From contig QPGO01000206.1 in assembly GCA_008632985.1 (NCBI GenBank), forward strand, positions 1 to 64,000: a DNA stretch of 64,000 bases, given 5' to 3'. This DNA is from Psammoneis japonica. Taxonomy: Eukaryota. A program made the translations under genes and the position numbers. Positions 24,226 through 38,441 of this stretch are shown here, piece by piece; within the stretch, counting starts at the first letter, position 1; every line of letters begins with the position of its first letter. Below the pieces are notes generated by a model that searched no databases, was not told the DNA's origin, and saw only the letters and a list, made by a program, of their open reading frames with translations.

Positions 24226-25136
24226 GATTCTAGTAACGTGTCTTGGCATTCAATCCGTTGGTTAAATTATAGCGTAGGTTTTTCATCACGATTGAGCTTG
24301 AACGGGTTTGGAACCTGTGATGAGTTTTGTTCACCAAGACCTTCCGTTCTTTTAAACCAGTGGGAACAAACGCAGCGCATCGCCCTCCTGCCAGACATGA
24401 AACTAACTATAGAAACGCATCAAAGGTCGAAATGCATTCGAACAGTGTCGGGTTACTTTTCAGACGTTTCAAATGCTGATCCCGCACGCTCATCTTGCCT
24501 GACGACCCGCGCCCCAGTAATGCAACTGGCGGACAACATAGGATGTCGCATTCTTGCACTGCTGCATCCTGCAACTACGATGTTCCATGGCGAGTGTCCT
24601 GTGAACTCGAATGTACTTGTATCCGATGACCCCAGCGCTGCACGTCTCCGTCGACACTTCGGGCATCAGATGTGCTAATGCGACGAACCGTTGCGAGCGA
24701 AAATTGATTCACGGAAGAAAAACAGATTACTTCGATCATGGTTCAAACATCAATAAAATCTGGCAGCGGTCTCACACGATTTGGCTTGTTACTACGATAC
24801 AGTTAGGCTACTTCTCGTCTCACTCTTGGTAGACTTGCGTGTATTGAGTCAACGTTTAGCAAATACCAAATTCAGGGGGATGATTCATACCAGTACTAGT
24901 AGACCACATATAACACCATACAGCAATCAAGCCGTCTCTAGTTTGCAAGGGCAACTGTATTCCATAGTCATCGTTTGGGTGGCACACTTGTTGATTGAAC
25001 CACGTCGGTAGCATAGTATGTAGTTTTTTGCGCTTCGATTGGTCAGGAATCTGATTCATATGTCCAAACCAATTTTTCAAAGCAATACCCGTCAGAGTCA
25101 GATGGTTCCACCAAAGGCTAGAAAAATGATACGCTC

Positions 25137-25709
25137 TTAAAGATTTTTTTCAAGGATACGCCAGGTGGCCTCCTCGTTCCAAGGCAGCGGTTCCAATCGT
25201 TCCGGAGTAGTTTGTTTTTCGACTTGCATCAATTTCGCGTGAGTCATGGTTGCATTTTTGCAACCGTTCTCTTCATTTTTCACCTGCTTCTTGTACGATA
25301 TTGTCTGTTCAAACATAGCATGAGCCAACAAAGCAAGTCGCGATTGAGAGCTTGAGAGCGCAGCCGATCCAGAAGAAAAAAGGTGCGAAAGCGCTTAGTC
25401 GAAAACGTTATCGGAGCATTCTAATTTCTAACTTACGTAGTATGGGTCGTCAGGTCCATCGTCAAAGTGAACTCCTATAACAACTGCATCACAAGCTTTA
25501 CCGGTGGTCCGATTGAAATATCTCACACGTTGGTTCTTGACAAATCGATTGCATGCAGACGCCTCTGCTTCTCGTGCTCGTTGACCATTCAAGAGCTTCT
25601 CTTTTCGTTTCTGCCTTTCTTCCTCGCTATCTGTCCCCTGATGACTTTCCACTCGAGGAGCTACTTTGTCAAGAATACCAATGCGCTCAAAAAGCCTTGT
25701 GAGTACCAT
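25137..25709 (-). CDS. Hypothetical protein, two exons (intron about 25436-25304)
   Basis: MVLTRLFERIG..VIGVHFDDGPDDPYY|TISY..VEKQTTPERLEPLPWNEEATWRIL, with a GTAAGT donor and CAG acceptor. Confidence 0.65.
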
Positions 25710-26005
25710 GGTAATGAATGTGAATGAGCATGGTTGGTTTTTTGCTGCGTCGGCGGCACGACGTTTTTGTACTCTGTACTTTGATGCACAAGTAGAATTT
25801 CTACGCATGTCAGACTCCGGCCGATCGAAATTCCGCGATTTCGGACAGCACACGCACCAAAGAAGGAAAGAACTGACTTCAGAGCGAGACGATGAAGATT
25901 TCAGATTTCAAAGCAGCGCGAGGAGCGAGGCAGGTTCACAAGAGTTGGTTGCCGTATTCATAATAGAAATAGGCCTATGATAGAGGTATTTTCGAAAAGT
26001 AGAGT

Positions 26006-27019
26006 ATGAAATCCGTTGTACCAATTTCATTCCTTGCCTTGTGCCTTCTTTTAACATCGGAAATCGACGCCTTCATCGCCGGTTGCCGTGTTCAGTCGAT
26101 TGTCAAGACGCGTACACGCCACGGTTTCTTGTTTCAGACGTCGCCACCACCTACCAAGTCAGATCCACGAGGATAGCAAGCACGGCGTTGTTTGACAGTT
26201 TTGGTGGCAAGTACGTCGGCTTGGCTCTGACACCCATAAAGAAATTAACCGCTGTGGCTGTGTCGTTAGTTTCATGGGTATTTGAGGAAATCGTCTATGG
26301 GCTTAGCAAGAAGCAGAAACTTTTATTTGTTGGTGCTTTTCTTACTGGGTTGCTGTTTGGTCGAGTTCGTCCCTTCTGGCAACGGTTCTTATCGACTTTG
26401 GAAATACCCGCCCCATACTTTGATGCCTCGGGCAGCGCAACAGCACTCAAGGGCCGAGTTGCTTCTGTCAGTGACGGCGATACCATTCGCCTGCTTCACG
26501 TCCCAACCATGTTTCATCCCAAGGCGATTAACAAGAAGAAGCAAAAGCTTTCAGAGACAACACTACCTGTAAGAGTGTGTACGATTGACACACCTGAAAC
26601 GGCAAAGTTTGGTAAGAAAGGCCAGCCGTTTGGTGTAGAAGCCAAAGAGCATTTAGCAAGCATGTTGGAAGACAAGACGATCTTTGTCAAGCTTCTTCAG
26701 AAAGACCAATACGGGCGCATTGTTGGCCAGGTTTACACCAAGAATTGGGGGCGAAAGAAATATGTAGATGAAGAAATGCTCAAAGCTGGCTTTGCTGAGG
26801 TGTACCAGGGGGGTGGTGCAGTCTACGGGCCAAAAGGAAAAGAGTATTACGAAGAATTGGAGGCGGTAAGTGATTACATTCAAATCGATGCCTTCTCGTG
26901 CCTGTCGAAGAAAGCTAACCCATGGCTTGGCGTCGAAGGAAGCGAAAGGCAAGAAGATAAACATTTGGTCTCAAGGAAAGCGAGAATCGGCGGCGGAATA
27001 CAAGAAGCGAAACAAATGA
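26006..27019 (+). CDS. Staphylococcal-nuclease (SNase/LCL3-like) protein with a signal peptide
   Basis: MKSVVPISFLALCLLLTSEIDA-F presequence. Motifs: GRVASVSDGDTIR, IDTPET, GQPFG.EAK, KDQYGRIVG, MLKAGFAEVY. Intron 26866-26938; a possible intron at 26082-26137 would join the presequence. Confidence 0.85.
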
Positions 27020-27177
27020 TTGCTTTTGACGAGATAGAGATGCTTGCACCAAGAGTAAATTTACACTGCAGTACTCGAGCTAGAACACATAAAGAGAGGC
27101 AAACACAAAAACAAGCATAAGTAATAGTTCTTACTAAAGCCGCTCGAGAGCAAGAACAATTATCGTAACAAAGAGTA

Positions 27178-29050
27178 TTATCCATCATAACTCAAAACAA
27201 GCTTTCGGTTGTAGAAGAACTCATCCGAGTCCTTGACGATGTGCCCATGAGGCTTGCCTTGAGTCAGGGCAATGATGCGCAACTGCTCGTGGAAGCCGGA
27301 CATTTTCCCACCAATCACAACAATGGGATCGCCCTCTTGCAGCATGCCGGACTGGTACAACTCATAGTTCACCTCCTCCAAGAGTTCATCAGGATCGGAG
27401 AGCGAATCGACAACAATCGTGTGCATGCCCAATAGCAGCCCACTCGCTTGACGAGCAGAGGTGATGGTAGGCGTGAGACACATGATTCGAATTCCGGGAC
27501 GAAACTTGGCCACGTACTTGGCCATTTTCCCGGTATCACTCAACACAATAATGACCTTTGCTCCAATGTCAATACTTGTCTTGACAGCACTGCTTGCCAC
27601 AGACTCTCCCATGGTGAGTTTTCCGTATGTGCTGACAATAGAGTTGCGAACGGCATGGTACATTTGGTTGTAGTTTCGGCTCTGCTCAGCTTCACAGCAA
27701 GTGCGGGCCAAGACTTCCACAGCGTTCTGAAAATAAGCTCCATTGGCTGTTTCTCCAGATAGCATCACAGCCTTAAGGTAGGCAAAACAAGTGAGTGGAA
27801 GACTGATAATTTTGGTCAACACACACATCATAATTATCATGATAACTTACATCCGTTCCGTCGTAAACGGCGTTGGCGACATCGCTACACTCGGCCCTTG
27901 TAGGGCGGGGGTTGTTGATCATGCTTTCCAGCATTTGAGTGGCGGTAATGACGGGTTTCCCTGCGATGTTAGCACGGCGAATCATCATCTTTTGGGCCAA
28001 GAAAACCTTCTGCGGCGGAATCTCCATACCTGAACAAGAAGTAGAACAAACGAAACCAGATTGGTTGAAACGTAATCATTACATGGTAGATGCTCTCGTG
28101 CACTTGTTGAATCACCTACCCAAATCGCCACGGGCAACCATGACACCATTGGTTTCCTTCAGGATCTCGTCGTAGTTCTGCAAACCCTGGAGGTTCTCAA
28201 TCTTACTAATGATTGAGATCTGGGACCCGCCATTGTCAGTCAAGAGCTTACGAAGATTCTTAACATCTTGCGCGGTCCGGATAAAACTCGCCTAATGTTG
28301 AATGTTTAAACAAAAGATGTTGGCGTTCTTTGATACATGCTCGTGCTGAATGTGGGAACCACGTGATTCGCTGAAACTTACCGCGATGAACTCCACCTTA
28401 TTCTTGATTCCAAAGTTGACAATGTCATCGACATCCTTATCCGTGAAAGTTGGGAGGTCCACAACGACGCCGGGTAGATTCATATTTTTTCGCTCCCCAA
28501 TCACGGCATCGTTCTCGATGCGACACTCCACTTCGCCAGCATCCTCATCGACAGAAAGCACCGTCAATACCAGCGAACCATCCGCGACGAGAATCTGCTG
28601 ACCTTGCGTGACCGACTTGGCCAAGGTCGCGTAAGAACACGCGAGCTTCTTTTCATCACCTTTAAAGTCGTAGTTGGAGGTGAGCGTGATCATTTCGCCC
28701 TTCTTTAGGGAGATCTTACTGACCCCGTCAGCGAAGAAGCCGGTACGAATCTCCGGGCCCTTCGTATCCAACAGAACTGCAATGTTGCGAGACTTTTCAG
28801 CTGCAACCTTGCGGAGCCTCGCTAACGTCTCACCGTGAGTCTCGTGGTCGCCGTGAGAGAAGTTGAAGCGAGCCACGTTCATTCCGGTGTTCATGAGGGT
28901 GGCAAGTCCCTCTTCACTCCAGCATGCAGGCCCGAGAGTGCAAACGATTTTTGTACGGCGACTTTCGGTGGACGGCAACACCTTCTTGACCTTATCGAGA
29001 GTGATGAAGCCACCATGGAGAGTCGGGACGCTTGAAGTGTTGGAGATCAT
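27178..29050 (-). CDS. PK: Pyruvate kinase (multi-exon)
   Basis: [89 protein letters not shown]. Confidence 0.97.
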
Positions 29051-30371
29051 CGTCACGTACCTGGAAAACCCGTGTGGAAAGGTTAGCTTCGTGACTTGAC
29101 AATAACAACTGTAGCACGTTCCTTTTGCAACGTCGGAGGCAAAAGCAGTACTGTACAGAAGTGGAAGCCAACCTCCAACCGCTTCTTCCCTCTCGGTCAC
29201 GGAATTTTTGGAAAAAATGAGAAAGATGCAAAAAAGATCCGGATCTTTTTGTAGCACTATCGCACTGTACGTACAATGCTTACGTATCAATGTAGGGCGA
29301 GCCTGCCAGCCACGTGGACTGTTTACAGCAGGGCCTCTACTCTAGCTACCGTAGCTAGAGGGCCCTACATATTACGATTGATCCTACGTACGTCGATCCA
29401 TACCACCATCGACGTCAACAATTCGGCAATTTTTTCATATTCGTGGCCGGTTAACGGAAAAGGGAAAAAAGGAGGGGATTCAACCATTCGATGCACACAA
29501 AAATTGACCATGCAAGCAGGGCCAGAGATTCATTGGCTTCTTCTTTGTGGTCTGGGGTGGTTGCCGCAGGGGCAAAAGCTGGGTGCACATTGCAACTTCA
29601 GGGTGACCATTGGCTCAAAGGCTGCATCTGGGGAGGGCCAGGGAGAAGAAAAACACGCAAGCTTGGCTGCTTGCTTTTCAAACCCTGGTGTGTTGTCCTG
29701 AGCAAGCTCTTGAGAGAAGAGTGAGAGAGGTTCTGGCTGCATTGCTGTGCAGAGAGTTTTGTTGCTGGCATGTCTCAGGTTGTGCACTCAGCATGCTCAA
29801 TGACTCTTGGGCCCAACCTCACTCAGAGCTTTTTTGTGCCAACAGCAAGCTCAAAGTTGTTCTGCTGTGCCAACAAATGACAAACACGAGCTTGAGGAGG
29901 CTTGTGTGCAATTTTGCAGCTGTGGCATTGGGGGTGCCAATGACACAAGCTCCTGCCAGCTCCAACCTTGGCTCAGGGTTTTGGAGACACTGGTGTCTCT
30001 TGCTCAGCTGTGAAAAGCTGTGGCATGTGGGGTCAGCATGCAGCCCAGGAGCCAGGCTGCCTGCACTCCTTTTGCAGATGGTGCAAAGTGCTGTTGTGAC
30101 TGCACAAGGAGGGCAACTCTTGTGGTTGTGCTGGTGTTCTGAAGGTGTGGGTGTGCCCCTGGGAAGCTGCAAATGAAGAGCTCAGCATTGCCGCCAGCAC
30201 CAGATGTGCATTGCTGCCCTCTGTGTCTTGTGGTTCTGGGAGCCTGCAAACTCAAGTTGGGCATCTCAGCTGGTGCAGCTTGGCAGACCATCTTGATTGG
30301 AGCCTGGCATGGAGGAGGGAAACATGCAGAAAAGTTTTGCAGGAGCTATTCTGTCAATGGTGGCTGGGGCA

Positions 30372-30972
30372 GCCTGGGTTGTGGGAACTTTCTTTTGATG
30401 GAAGCCAAGCAGCCACAGCAAAAGAAGATGTTTTTGTGACTGAGCATCTGACAGACATGGTTTGCACACAGAGAGCTGTCCTCTGCTCAAGCTCCAGTGA
30501 GCAGCGTGCTCCAAAGGTGACATTGCACACGTGCTTGTGCATCAAAACATGTGCCTCTTGCTTCAGACCCCATGTGCAGCACGGCTGTGTGGAGAGGCTT
30601 GTTGCAGGCACATCTCACAGGAGGTCTCATGCTTGGCTCTCAACCTTGGTTTTAATTTCTCAGCTGGCAGCTCAGCAAACAGTCGTGACTGCAGCTTGGT
30701 TTGTGGGTGGCGCTGTTGCCAAGAACCACTCTGGGGGGGAGGGGACAAGCAGAAGGGTTTTGCAGGAGAGCTGTTTTGTCACGAGTGCTCAGGATGGCCT
30801 GGGCTGCTGCAGATTTTGTTGATGAAAGCCAAGCAGCCACAGTGCAAGAGAAGATGATTTTGTGATTGAGCATCTGAATGACAAAGCCCAGGCATGTGGA
30901 GAGCTGTCCACATGATCTCAGCTCCAGCAAGCAGCAGGCTCCAAAGGCAACATTGCACGGGCGAGCTCGTGT
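30372..30972. repeat. Diverged ~170-bp direct repeat pair (30372-30540 and 30797-30972)
   Basis: Both copies share TTGATG(G/A)AAGCCAAGCAGCCACAG, GAGCATCTGA, GAGAGCTGTCC and CTCCAAAGG..ACATTGCAC. Confidence 0.8.
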
Positions 30973-31436
30973 GCCAACAAGAAGCCTCAAGCTGTGAGTC
31001 ATGAAAAAGCCATCAACCTCCCAACCAGCTGCAGAGCCAGCCAAACCATGTGCCACTTGAGGGCCCAAGGTTCAAAACAAGAGGGGCGCATCAACTGTGT
31101 TCTTGTTTTGTGTGCTCAAGAGCCTTTTGTTCTCTCTGCAAGTCTTTGGCGTGTGCTCGCCTCTGTTGAGTGTGGATTGAAAGGATGCTGCAATGCCAGA
31201 TGGGTTGATTTGTCTTTGCTGCAAAAGGTGTGCATTGTCCACTTTGATTGGATGCCCATGCAGAGATCTGAAAACCAGCATTGTTGCGAGCATTGAATGC
31301 ATGGAGAGAACACCAATTGACGTTTCCAAATGAACATGTAAATGCTGCAGTCAACTGGTGCAGAAAACACATGATGATTTTGCATTTGACATCCTGTTTT
31401 GTCTGTTCGATTTTACTTGTGCCCACAACTCTACAT

Positions 31437-31560
31437 CGTCAACCATTTAGCTGTCTTTGTGCCGAAGTAGAAATTTTAATCAGGGGATTTCGTCAACCAT
31501 TTAGCTGTCTTTGAGCCGAAGCAGAATTTTTAATTGTGGAATGTCGTCAACCATTTGGCT
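31437..31560. repeat. 54-bp tandem repeat, about 2.3 copies
   Basis: CGTCAACCATTT at 31437, 31491 and 31545. Confidence 0.85.
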
Positions 31561-34470
31561 CACTTTGGCTCAAAGTAATTTGTCATGTGGGTCATGGGCT
31601 TGTCATTGACCAGCCACCATCATGAAATGACCAATGTTGCTGTTGCTCCAATGCAGCTGTTGCTGTTTGGTGTGTTGTTGCAACTTCAACACGGCACTTG
31701 CCATGGCAGATTTGATGCCTTTTCCACAAATGTCACACTTGACATGTCAATTTTGGAATGCAAGTGCTTTTTGGAAATGTGCTGTTGAGTGCTGCACTGC
31801 AGTGCAAGCAGCAGCATGTGCAAAATTGCTGCCGGTGCATCGTGGCTGATTTGAGAGCCGACGCACTCCCAAAAAAGATGGCAGTCCCCACACACTCACA
31901 AGAGCCACAGGTGCTGCTGCAAAACATGCAGCAATGTCCGTTGGAAATGAAAAGGAGCCTTGCAGCATTCTCAGCCTCACTTGCTTGTGCTGTGAAAGGT
32001 CTTGTTCATCATTGTTGTTGACATCATCCACAGCTCCATTGTTTGTTGAAAGAGCAAGCGACTCTTTTCCCACAAGCACACAGTGGCCAAGACAGCTCTC
32101 ACATGCAGGTCAGTCCATGGCATCAAAACTTCTGCAAGGTGTCACTTCTTGGTCACACCTGTTGCCTTGCCTCCATGAAAGTTGTTGTCCTTGCGCCTCC
32201 ATCATTCATGCCCTTGGTCATGGTTTTCTCCTTTTTCAAGTCAAACTTGGGTGGGACCTGGCACATTTGAAAGTTGAGTGCCAGGTGATCCTGAAGGTCT
32301 TGAAGCTGTTTCAAGAGTTTCTTCTGGATTGTCCCCAAACTTCTGCAAAATCCATGTGTTCACAACAAAGAACAGAACATGAGAAGGTTTGCTCAGCAAC
32401 AACTGCACACGTCCAGAGCAACAACAAGTGTGTGCATGGAGCTTCTTGCTCTGTTGCATTGAAATTCTGTTGTGGTGCTGGTTTGATCAACAGTGATTGT
32501 GGGGGCATCATTGGAATCTCAATGCCTCTCATGCTTGGCAAGGAGACAGCAACAGTTTGCACAGTCTCAATGCTGACAACGCCATCATGTTTTTTAATGC
32601 CGGTGATGGCAGAATGCAGAATTTGCTTTTTCATTGCACATGTTCAATGTCACAAACATTTTCACACCCTGGCAGTGAAGTTCATGCCACTGAGATCACT
32701 TGTGGACTCTTGCTCTGACTTGCTGTGAAAGACAGCACCAATTGTGGTGCACACTTTCTGCTTGCTTCACCTGCTGCATGCAGACTGCAAACTGCAGGTG
32801 CAAGAACAGGTCTGTGCATGTGGACCAGTGCCAGGAAAATGTTGCACAGACAGTTGCTGTGCAACAGCTTTGTTGCACACTGTTGCTCCACCCACTTGCT
32901 TGTGTGTTGCTGACTTTCTGGCAACACAGAATGTCTTCTCTTTCTTGCATGGTTGGACTCTGTCATCTTTGTCACAATGCCTGCATGGGCACCATGTCCA
33001 AGATTCTGACAGAACAGCAAATGACTGGCTGGTCTGGCACAACCTCAAGTGCAATGCAATGTGCCAAAAATTTCACTGTGCATGTCTGCCATGATGACAT
33101 GATGCACACATCCCAGACCCTTCCAGTGTGCTGAATGCAGCAAGATCAGCAGAGATGAATGACCCGGCATTGGCTGCATGCCCCACGCAAATTTGTCAGG
33201 TGTTGGCTCATTGCCTCATTGTTCATGAGAAGATCATTGTGCAAGCACTCCTCATGACGAATGATTTACTGTCAAAGTTGAGCAGGATTGGCTGTTTGTT
33301 GACTCTGCACTTTCACACATGGTTTTTTCATTTTAGATGCATCCTTGCATTCAGTTGGATGAGTTGGCGTTGTCACGTCATGCAACATTCATTGCCTGTT
33401 GTGTGTGTGTTGAGCCATGTCTTGGTCACAGAAATTTCTGGCAATCTGCAAACTGCAACAGCTGACACCAACAACTGTGCCATCCATCACAGACCCCACT
33501 CTCTGCTGTTGTTGTCCCTGTTGCAAGGATGTGGCGCTCCATTGCACCCTCTGTTCTCCCTCTCTTTGTCACAATTGACAAGCGTGGTTGCTGTGTGAGA
33601 AGTCATCCCAGAGGCTGTTTCAATTGTTGGAGTTGTGAAGCCACAGATTTGCTTTGGACTCTCAGAGGATTGGACATTGCCAGTGCTGAGATCCTTGGAA
33701 CTCACATCAATTGCATTTTCAGTGCTGGCAACAAAGAAGCCACCTGTCACTCTGTCCTGTGAAGCTTTTCCCCACATTTGGCTCATTTGAGGAGGTCCAT
33801 GGGAGGCAGGTGGCTTCAGTGGAGAAGAGTGACACATGTCCTCTTGGCCAAATGACGCTGGTTGTGGAGTGTCCCAGTGTTGATGCTCACCTGGGAAACC
33901 CTCTTTTGGAGTTGTTCTCTGTGGAAGTTGTCAAGAGGGCACTTCAGAATCCCTTGTTGGTGGATCCCCAAAGCCCCTAGACAGAGCTGACATTTGGCTC
34001 CTCAATTTTGCTTGAATGCACCACCTGCATGTTGTTTGCAGCTTTGGCTGCCTTTCCCAGACAAGGCATTTTGGTTGATGACACTGAGTTGTGCCTTTCA
34101 TTCTTGTGTGGCTGCAACTGCATGGAGTTTGTTTGTTCTCATCTTGTCCAGATGGACCATGAGTTCATGCTCAAGCTGCAATGTGGCATGAATCAGCTTG
34201 TTTTTTTCTTGCAATGTGTTTCCCTCCTTTTACAGACAGGGTCACTCTGCTGCAAAATCTTGTCATCACATGCAGCATCTGCAAAGTCACATTTGGCATG
34301 CCATCAAACTTCTTGCTGCCAATCTTCCTTGCTGCTGATCCCTTCAATTTGTCAGGTTCCTGCACCTCCATCATTGAGTTCTTGGTCACCAAACACCTCA
34401 AATTAAAGTCACTCACATCATCCAGCTTGGTGTTGTCACACAGGGCATTCCACCATCCATTTGCATGCTT

Positions 34471-34783
34471 TCTCTCTCTCTCCTCTCTCTCTCTCTCGAA
34501 CAACGAATGATCAAAATTGGCAAAGCCAATTTTCTGTCAAATGTGACAAACAACAGCAACACAAGTGGCCAAGGTGGAGCTGCTCAATCAGACATTCATC
34601 CAACCATTTCAGCAAATGGCAGGCACAACAATGTTGGCTGAAGTCAGGAGAATGAGACTTTTGTGGTGGCTTCATCAGCGGCCGGCTGTTGTTGTCATCG
34701 TGCGGTGGGCATTGTTGCATTAAAAAGATCCAAAGAAGGACAGACAGGTTGATCAAATCGATTCAATTCAAGTCAAGTTGTCA

Positions 34784-34817
<34 letters not shown>
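34471..34817. repeat. Two (CT)n microsatellites (34471-34497 and 34791-34817)
   Basis: Read directly from the sequence. Confidence 0.9.
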
Positions 34818-37516
34818 CAATTCTCTGGTTGGAAATTCCCTCATGTGCTCTGGTGCCATGTGCAGCCCCTCATGGCTTCTGTCCAAGTTGATGGAAGAAT
34901 GGTTGATTTTGCAGTCATGTGGAGCCTTGGGCCTGTGATCAACATGTCCATGGAGTGCTGTCCTTCAACAGGAGTCTTCTGATGCCTTGCAGGTTTCCCC
35001 ATGCTTTGTGGTGGCCTTGAACACCAAGCACTTTTTCTCTGCCTGCACAGGAACCACCATTTGATTGTTGCTGTTCATAAAAGACCTTCTGAAGTTGTGC
35101 AACTGGATCAAGAAAGACATGGGCATGCAACCATGCTTCTCTCCCACAGCTCCTGGTGTGCAGGACTGTTTGCAAAGTCACCAAACCTGCTGGCATCCTG
35201 ATGAGTGAGCTGGTGCACAGGTGCTTTGGTGTCTTCCAACACTGGGTGTCCACCAAACAGTGCAAAAATTCCATCAAACCCCAAGTGGTGTTTCTCAGGA
35301 ACCACTTGGAATCTGTCCAACCACCTGATGTCAAAGTTGCTTTCTTTGAAGGCTTTGTAAATCTGTTTTTCATCTGGCCAGTGTGGAGCTTGCTCCTCAC
35401 TCATGCTCAATGCATTTGACATGTGCAGCAGGGATTGTCTCATCAGCAGCACTGCTCTCCAGTGTTCCCTCTTGCTCTTTGCAGTTGTCCAATGGCAGAA
35501 ACTCACAAGCTCTGCTGTTGTCAGTCTTCACCTGTTGGACTCCAAAGTTGATGTGCTTTCCTGGTGATTGTGCTGCCAAATTCATGGCTTTGCACCTTGC
35601 AACTGGTTTGTCACAAGTGTCCTTCAGAATCTCATCTTTGTTGCATGGCATCACTTCACAACCATGGTTTTGCATGCTGGCAGATTGCTTCTTGTCACAG
35701 CAGAGTTTTTGTTCATTGCAAAATGCCTGGGTGGCCTCAATCTCTGCTGTGCTTTCTTTGTGATTGAACCTGTCACCAGCCACAAAAACCAACTTGGCAT
35801 GTTTCACCCTGGACTGCACATTTGCAAAGCACTGCATTGTCATCTCTCCAGGTGTTGCTGGGGAACCATTTCTCCTTCTCCTTGCAAGGGTCATTCTGTG
35901 AAGTGTGTTTGTGACAATGTGAACACCTTGGTGTGTGCTTCTTGGACAACGCAGCTGCGCAGTTGTGAAAGGACAATTGCTCAGCAGCAATTTCTTCTGC
36001 TGCCAACATGCACACCAATTTCTCACTTGTCTTTTTGTTTTGTTGCAACTTCTTCACCATCCAATTGCAAACAAACTCCATCACCAAATGTGGCTTCTGC
36101 CATGTCTGAAGCCACAGCTTTGCCCCAATTGGGAGCTGCATTTTCTTCAGCAGCAGCCACAGAAAATGCAGCCACACCCAATGCTGGGTCAGCAGCTTCT
36201 GCTGCATTCTCTGATGCCATTGTTTGTTGTGCACGCAACTGCACTTTGCTCCCTCACAGCAGCGGGTGGTGCTGCTTCCTTCCTCAGTTGTGTTTTGTGT
36301 GGTGGCAGTGAGTGCCAGTTTGTCTCTTGTTGGTGGTGGGTTGCTGAAACATTTTTTGTCAGATCAGGCCATTGCTGATCTGGCATTCAAGCACGCACAT
36401 TCCACTGCCAGTCATTTGTAAAATGATTTGTGGTCAACACCAGATCAGCCTTTTGCTGGTCTGGTGCTCCACTGTGGTTGCCCCCCAATCAGCCTTTTGC
36501 TGATCTGGTGCTTTCACTGTGCAGCACCAGCTGTGGGTCTCATGGAAGAAGATTTTTCATGTGGGTGAGCATGGCCTCTTCAACAGAAAACCCAGCTCAT
36601 TGCTGCTTGGGAAGAACCCCACTGCAGAAGAGTCCCATTGTCTCTTGGACAATGGCCATCTCTGGCTGTGTCTTTGTTTGACAATTGAGCTGATGCAAAG
36701 CACAATGCAAGGCAGCAGCACAATTGAGGCAGGAGTTGAGATTGCCATTGCCAACATGAACTTGGAAACTCCAGCTTGCAAAACATTCACAGCAAAACTG
36801 GGAAAACTTGCATTTTGAGTGCAAGGTGGTGTGGACTGCCCTCCTTGGCAAAAACTGACCAAGACACAGTTTTGTTGAGCATTTTGTTGTTTCCATCTTT
36901 CTCATTGGCCCAAACTCTGTCAGCACCTTCTGCCAACACTTTCATGAACCACAGTTGCCCCATTGTCACTGGAAGTTGCTTTCCATCATGGTGCTCATGT
37001 GCAAGATGATGCTGAAGAACCGCGGTTGAGTTGAGAGCTGCTTCCCCAACTCCTTTCTGTGAGCAAACACATGTTGCCTGTGAGTCTCTCCCATGCCTCA
37101 ACAACTCTCCTTGAACAGCAAACAGTGTGTCATTTGTCCTTTCAGAGGGGAAGATGAAATCACACATGACAATTGCCAACCTGTTGGAACACTCCAAACA
37201 GACACAGTGGAGTGAACTTCTTCTTGGGTTGATTTTAAGACCACACAAAGACATCCACCACAAAAAGGGCCATGTGGATCTGAGGGTCAATTGGAAGATG
37301 ATGATTTTCAAACAACAATTGTGTTTCTTGTGCTTCCTGAGGGTGAGCCTGGTCACAGTTTTTCTTGGAGATCAGCTTGAGTTCATTTGTGCTTGTTGGC
37401 AGTTCATGTGATTTAATTGCAAGCTTGTTTGCAATCTCTTTGTGCTGAAAACATGGAAGTGAAAACAATGACTGGCCTCATCTGCTTGCCAAAACACCGC
37501 TGCAAATGCACTTTGT

Positions 37517-38441
37517 GTTTGTCACATCCTCAGATGGCTGGCCCAGGAATTTCCTCATTCTGGCAGAAGCGTTGTGGTGCAAAAACAGACAACATCACAC
37601 CCTCCAAACATGCTGGGTGCTTTTAAAGTGTGTCCAAGGGATGGGGTGAGCCAGCCAAAGTCAAAAGAAGTCAGCTGCACATGTGTCCTTGGTGGCCCAA
37701 TGGGTGTTCATCACATCCTTGATGGCTTGCCAGGAATTTCCTCATTCTGGCAAAAGCACTGTGGTGCAAAAACAGGCACACTCTCCAAACACACTGAATG
37801 CTTTCAAAGTGTGACCCAGGGATGGGGTGAGGCAGCCAAGGTGGAAAGAAGCCAGCTGCACGTGTCCTTGGTGGCCTGATGGGTGTTTGTCAGATGCTCA
37901 GATGACTTGCCAGGAATTTCTTCCTCATTCTGGTGGAAGCATTGTGGTGCAAAACAGACAAGGTCACACTCCCCAAACACACAGAATGCTTTCAAAATGT
38001 GCCACAGAGATGGGGCAAGACAAACAAAGCAGAAAGAAGCTGACTGCTGTGTGTGTCCTTGGGGTGGCCTGATGGGTGTTCATCACATCTTCAGATGGCT
38101 CACCAGGAAATTCCTCATTCTGGTGGAAGCGTTGTGGTGCAAAAACAGACAAGGTCACACTCTCTGAACACACTGAATGCTTTCAAAGTGTGCTCCAGGG
38201 TGGGGCAAGTCCACCAAGGTAGAAAAAAGCCAGTTGCATGTGTCCTTGGTGGCCCAACTGGTGTGTGTTTGTCAGATCCTCAGATGGCTTGGCCAGGAAC
38301 TTCCTCATTTTGGCAGAAGTGTTGTGGCACAAAAACAGACAAGGTTGCACCCTCCAAACACACTGAATGCTTTCAAAGTGTGCCCCAGGGGTTGGGTGAG
38401 TCAACCAAGGTAGAAAAAAGACAACTGCATGTGTTCTTGGC
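37517..38441. repeat. Satellite-like tandem array: 5 diverged copies of a ~180-193-bp unit
   Basis: The CCAGGAA..TTCCTCATT anchor lies at 37543, 37730, 37910, 38103 and 38293. Copies also share TGTGGTGCAAAA(A)CAG, GAATGCTTTCAAAGTGTG and TGTCCTTGG. Confidence 0.92.

Noticed and set aside
24238..25080. ORFs between the TPR gene and the 25137-25709 gene
   Set aside because: No recognisable motifs or consistent exon structure.
37517..38441. Tandem array considered as a CRISPR array
   Set aside because: Whole units are homologous with no unique spacers, there are no cas genes, and the context is eukaryotic.
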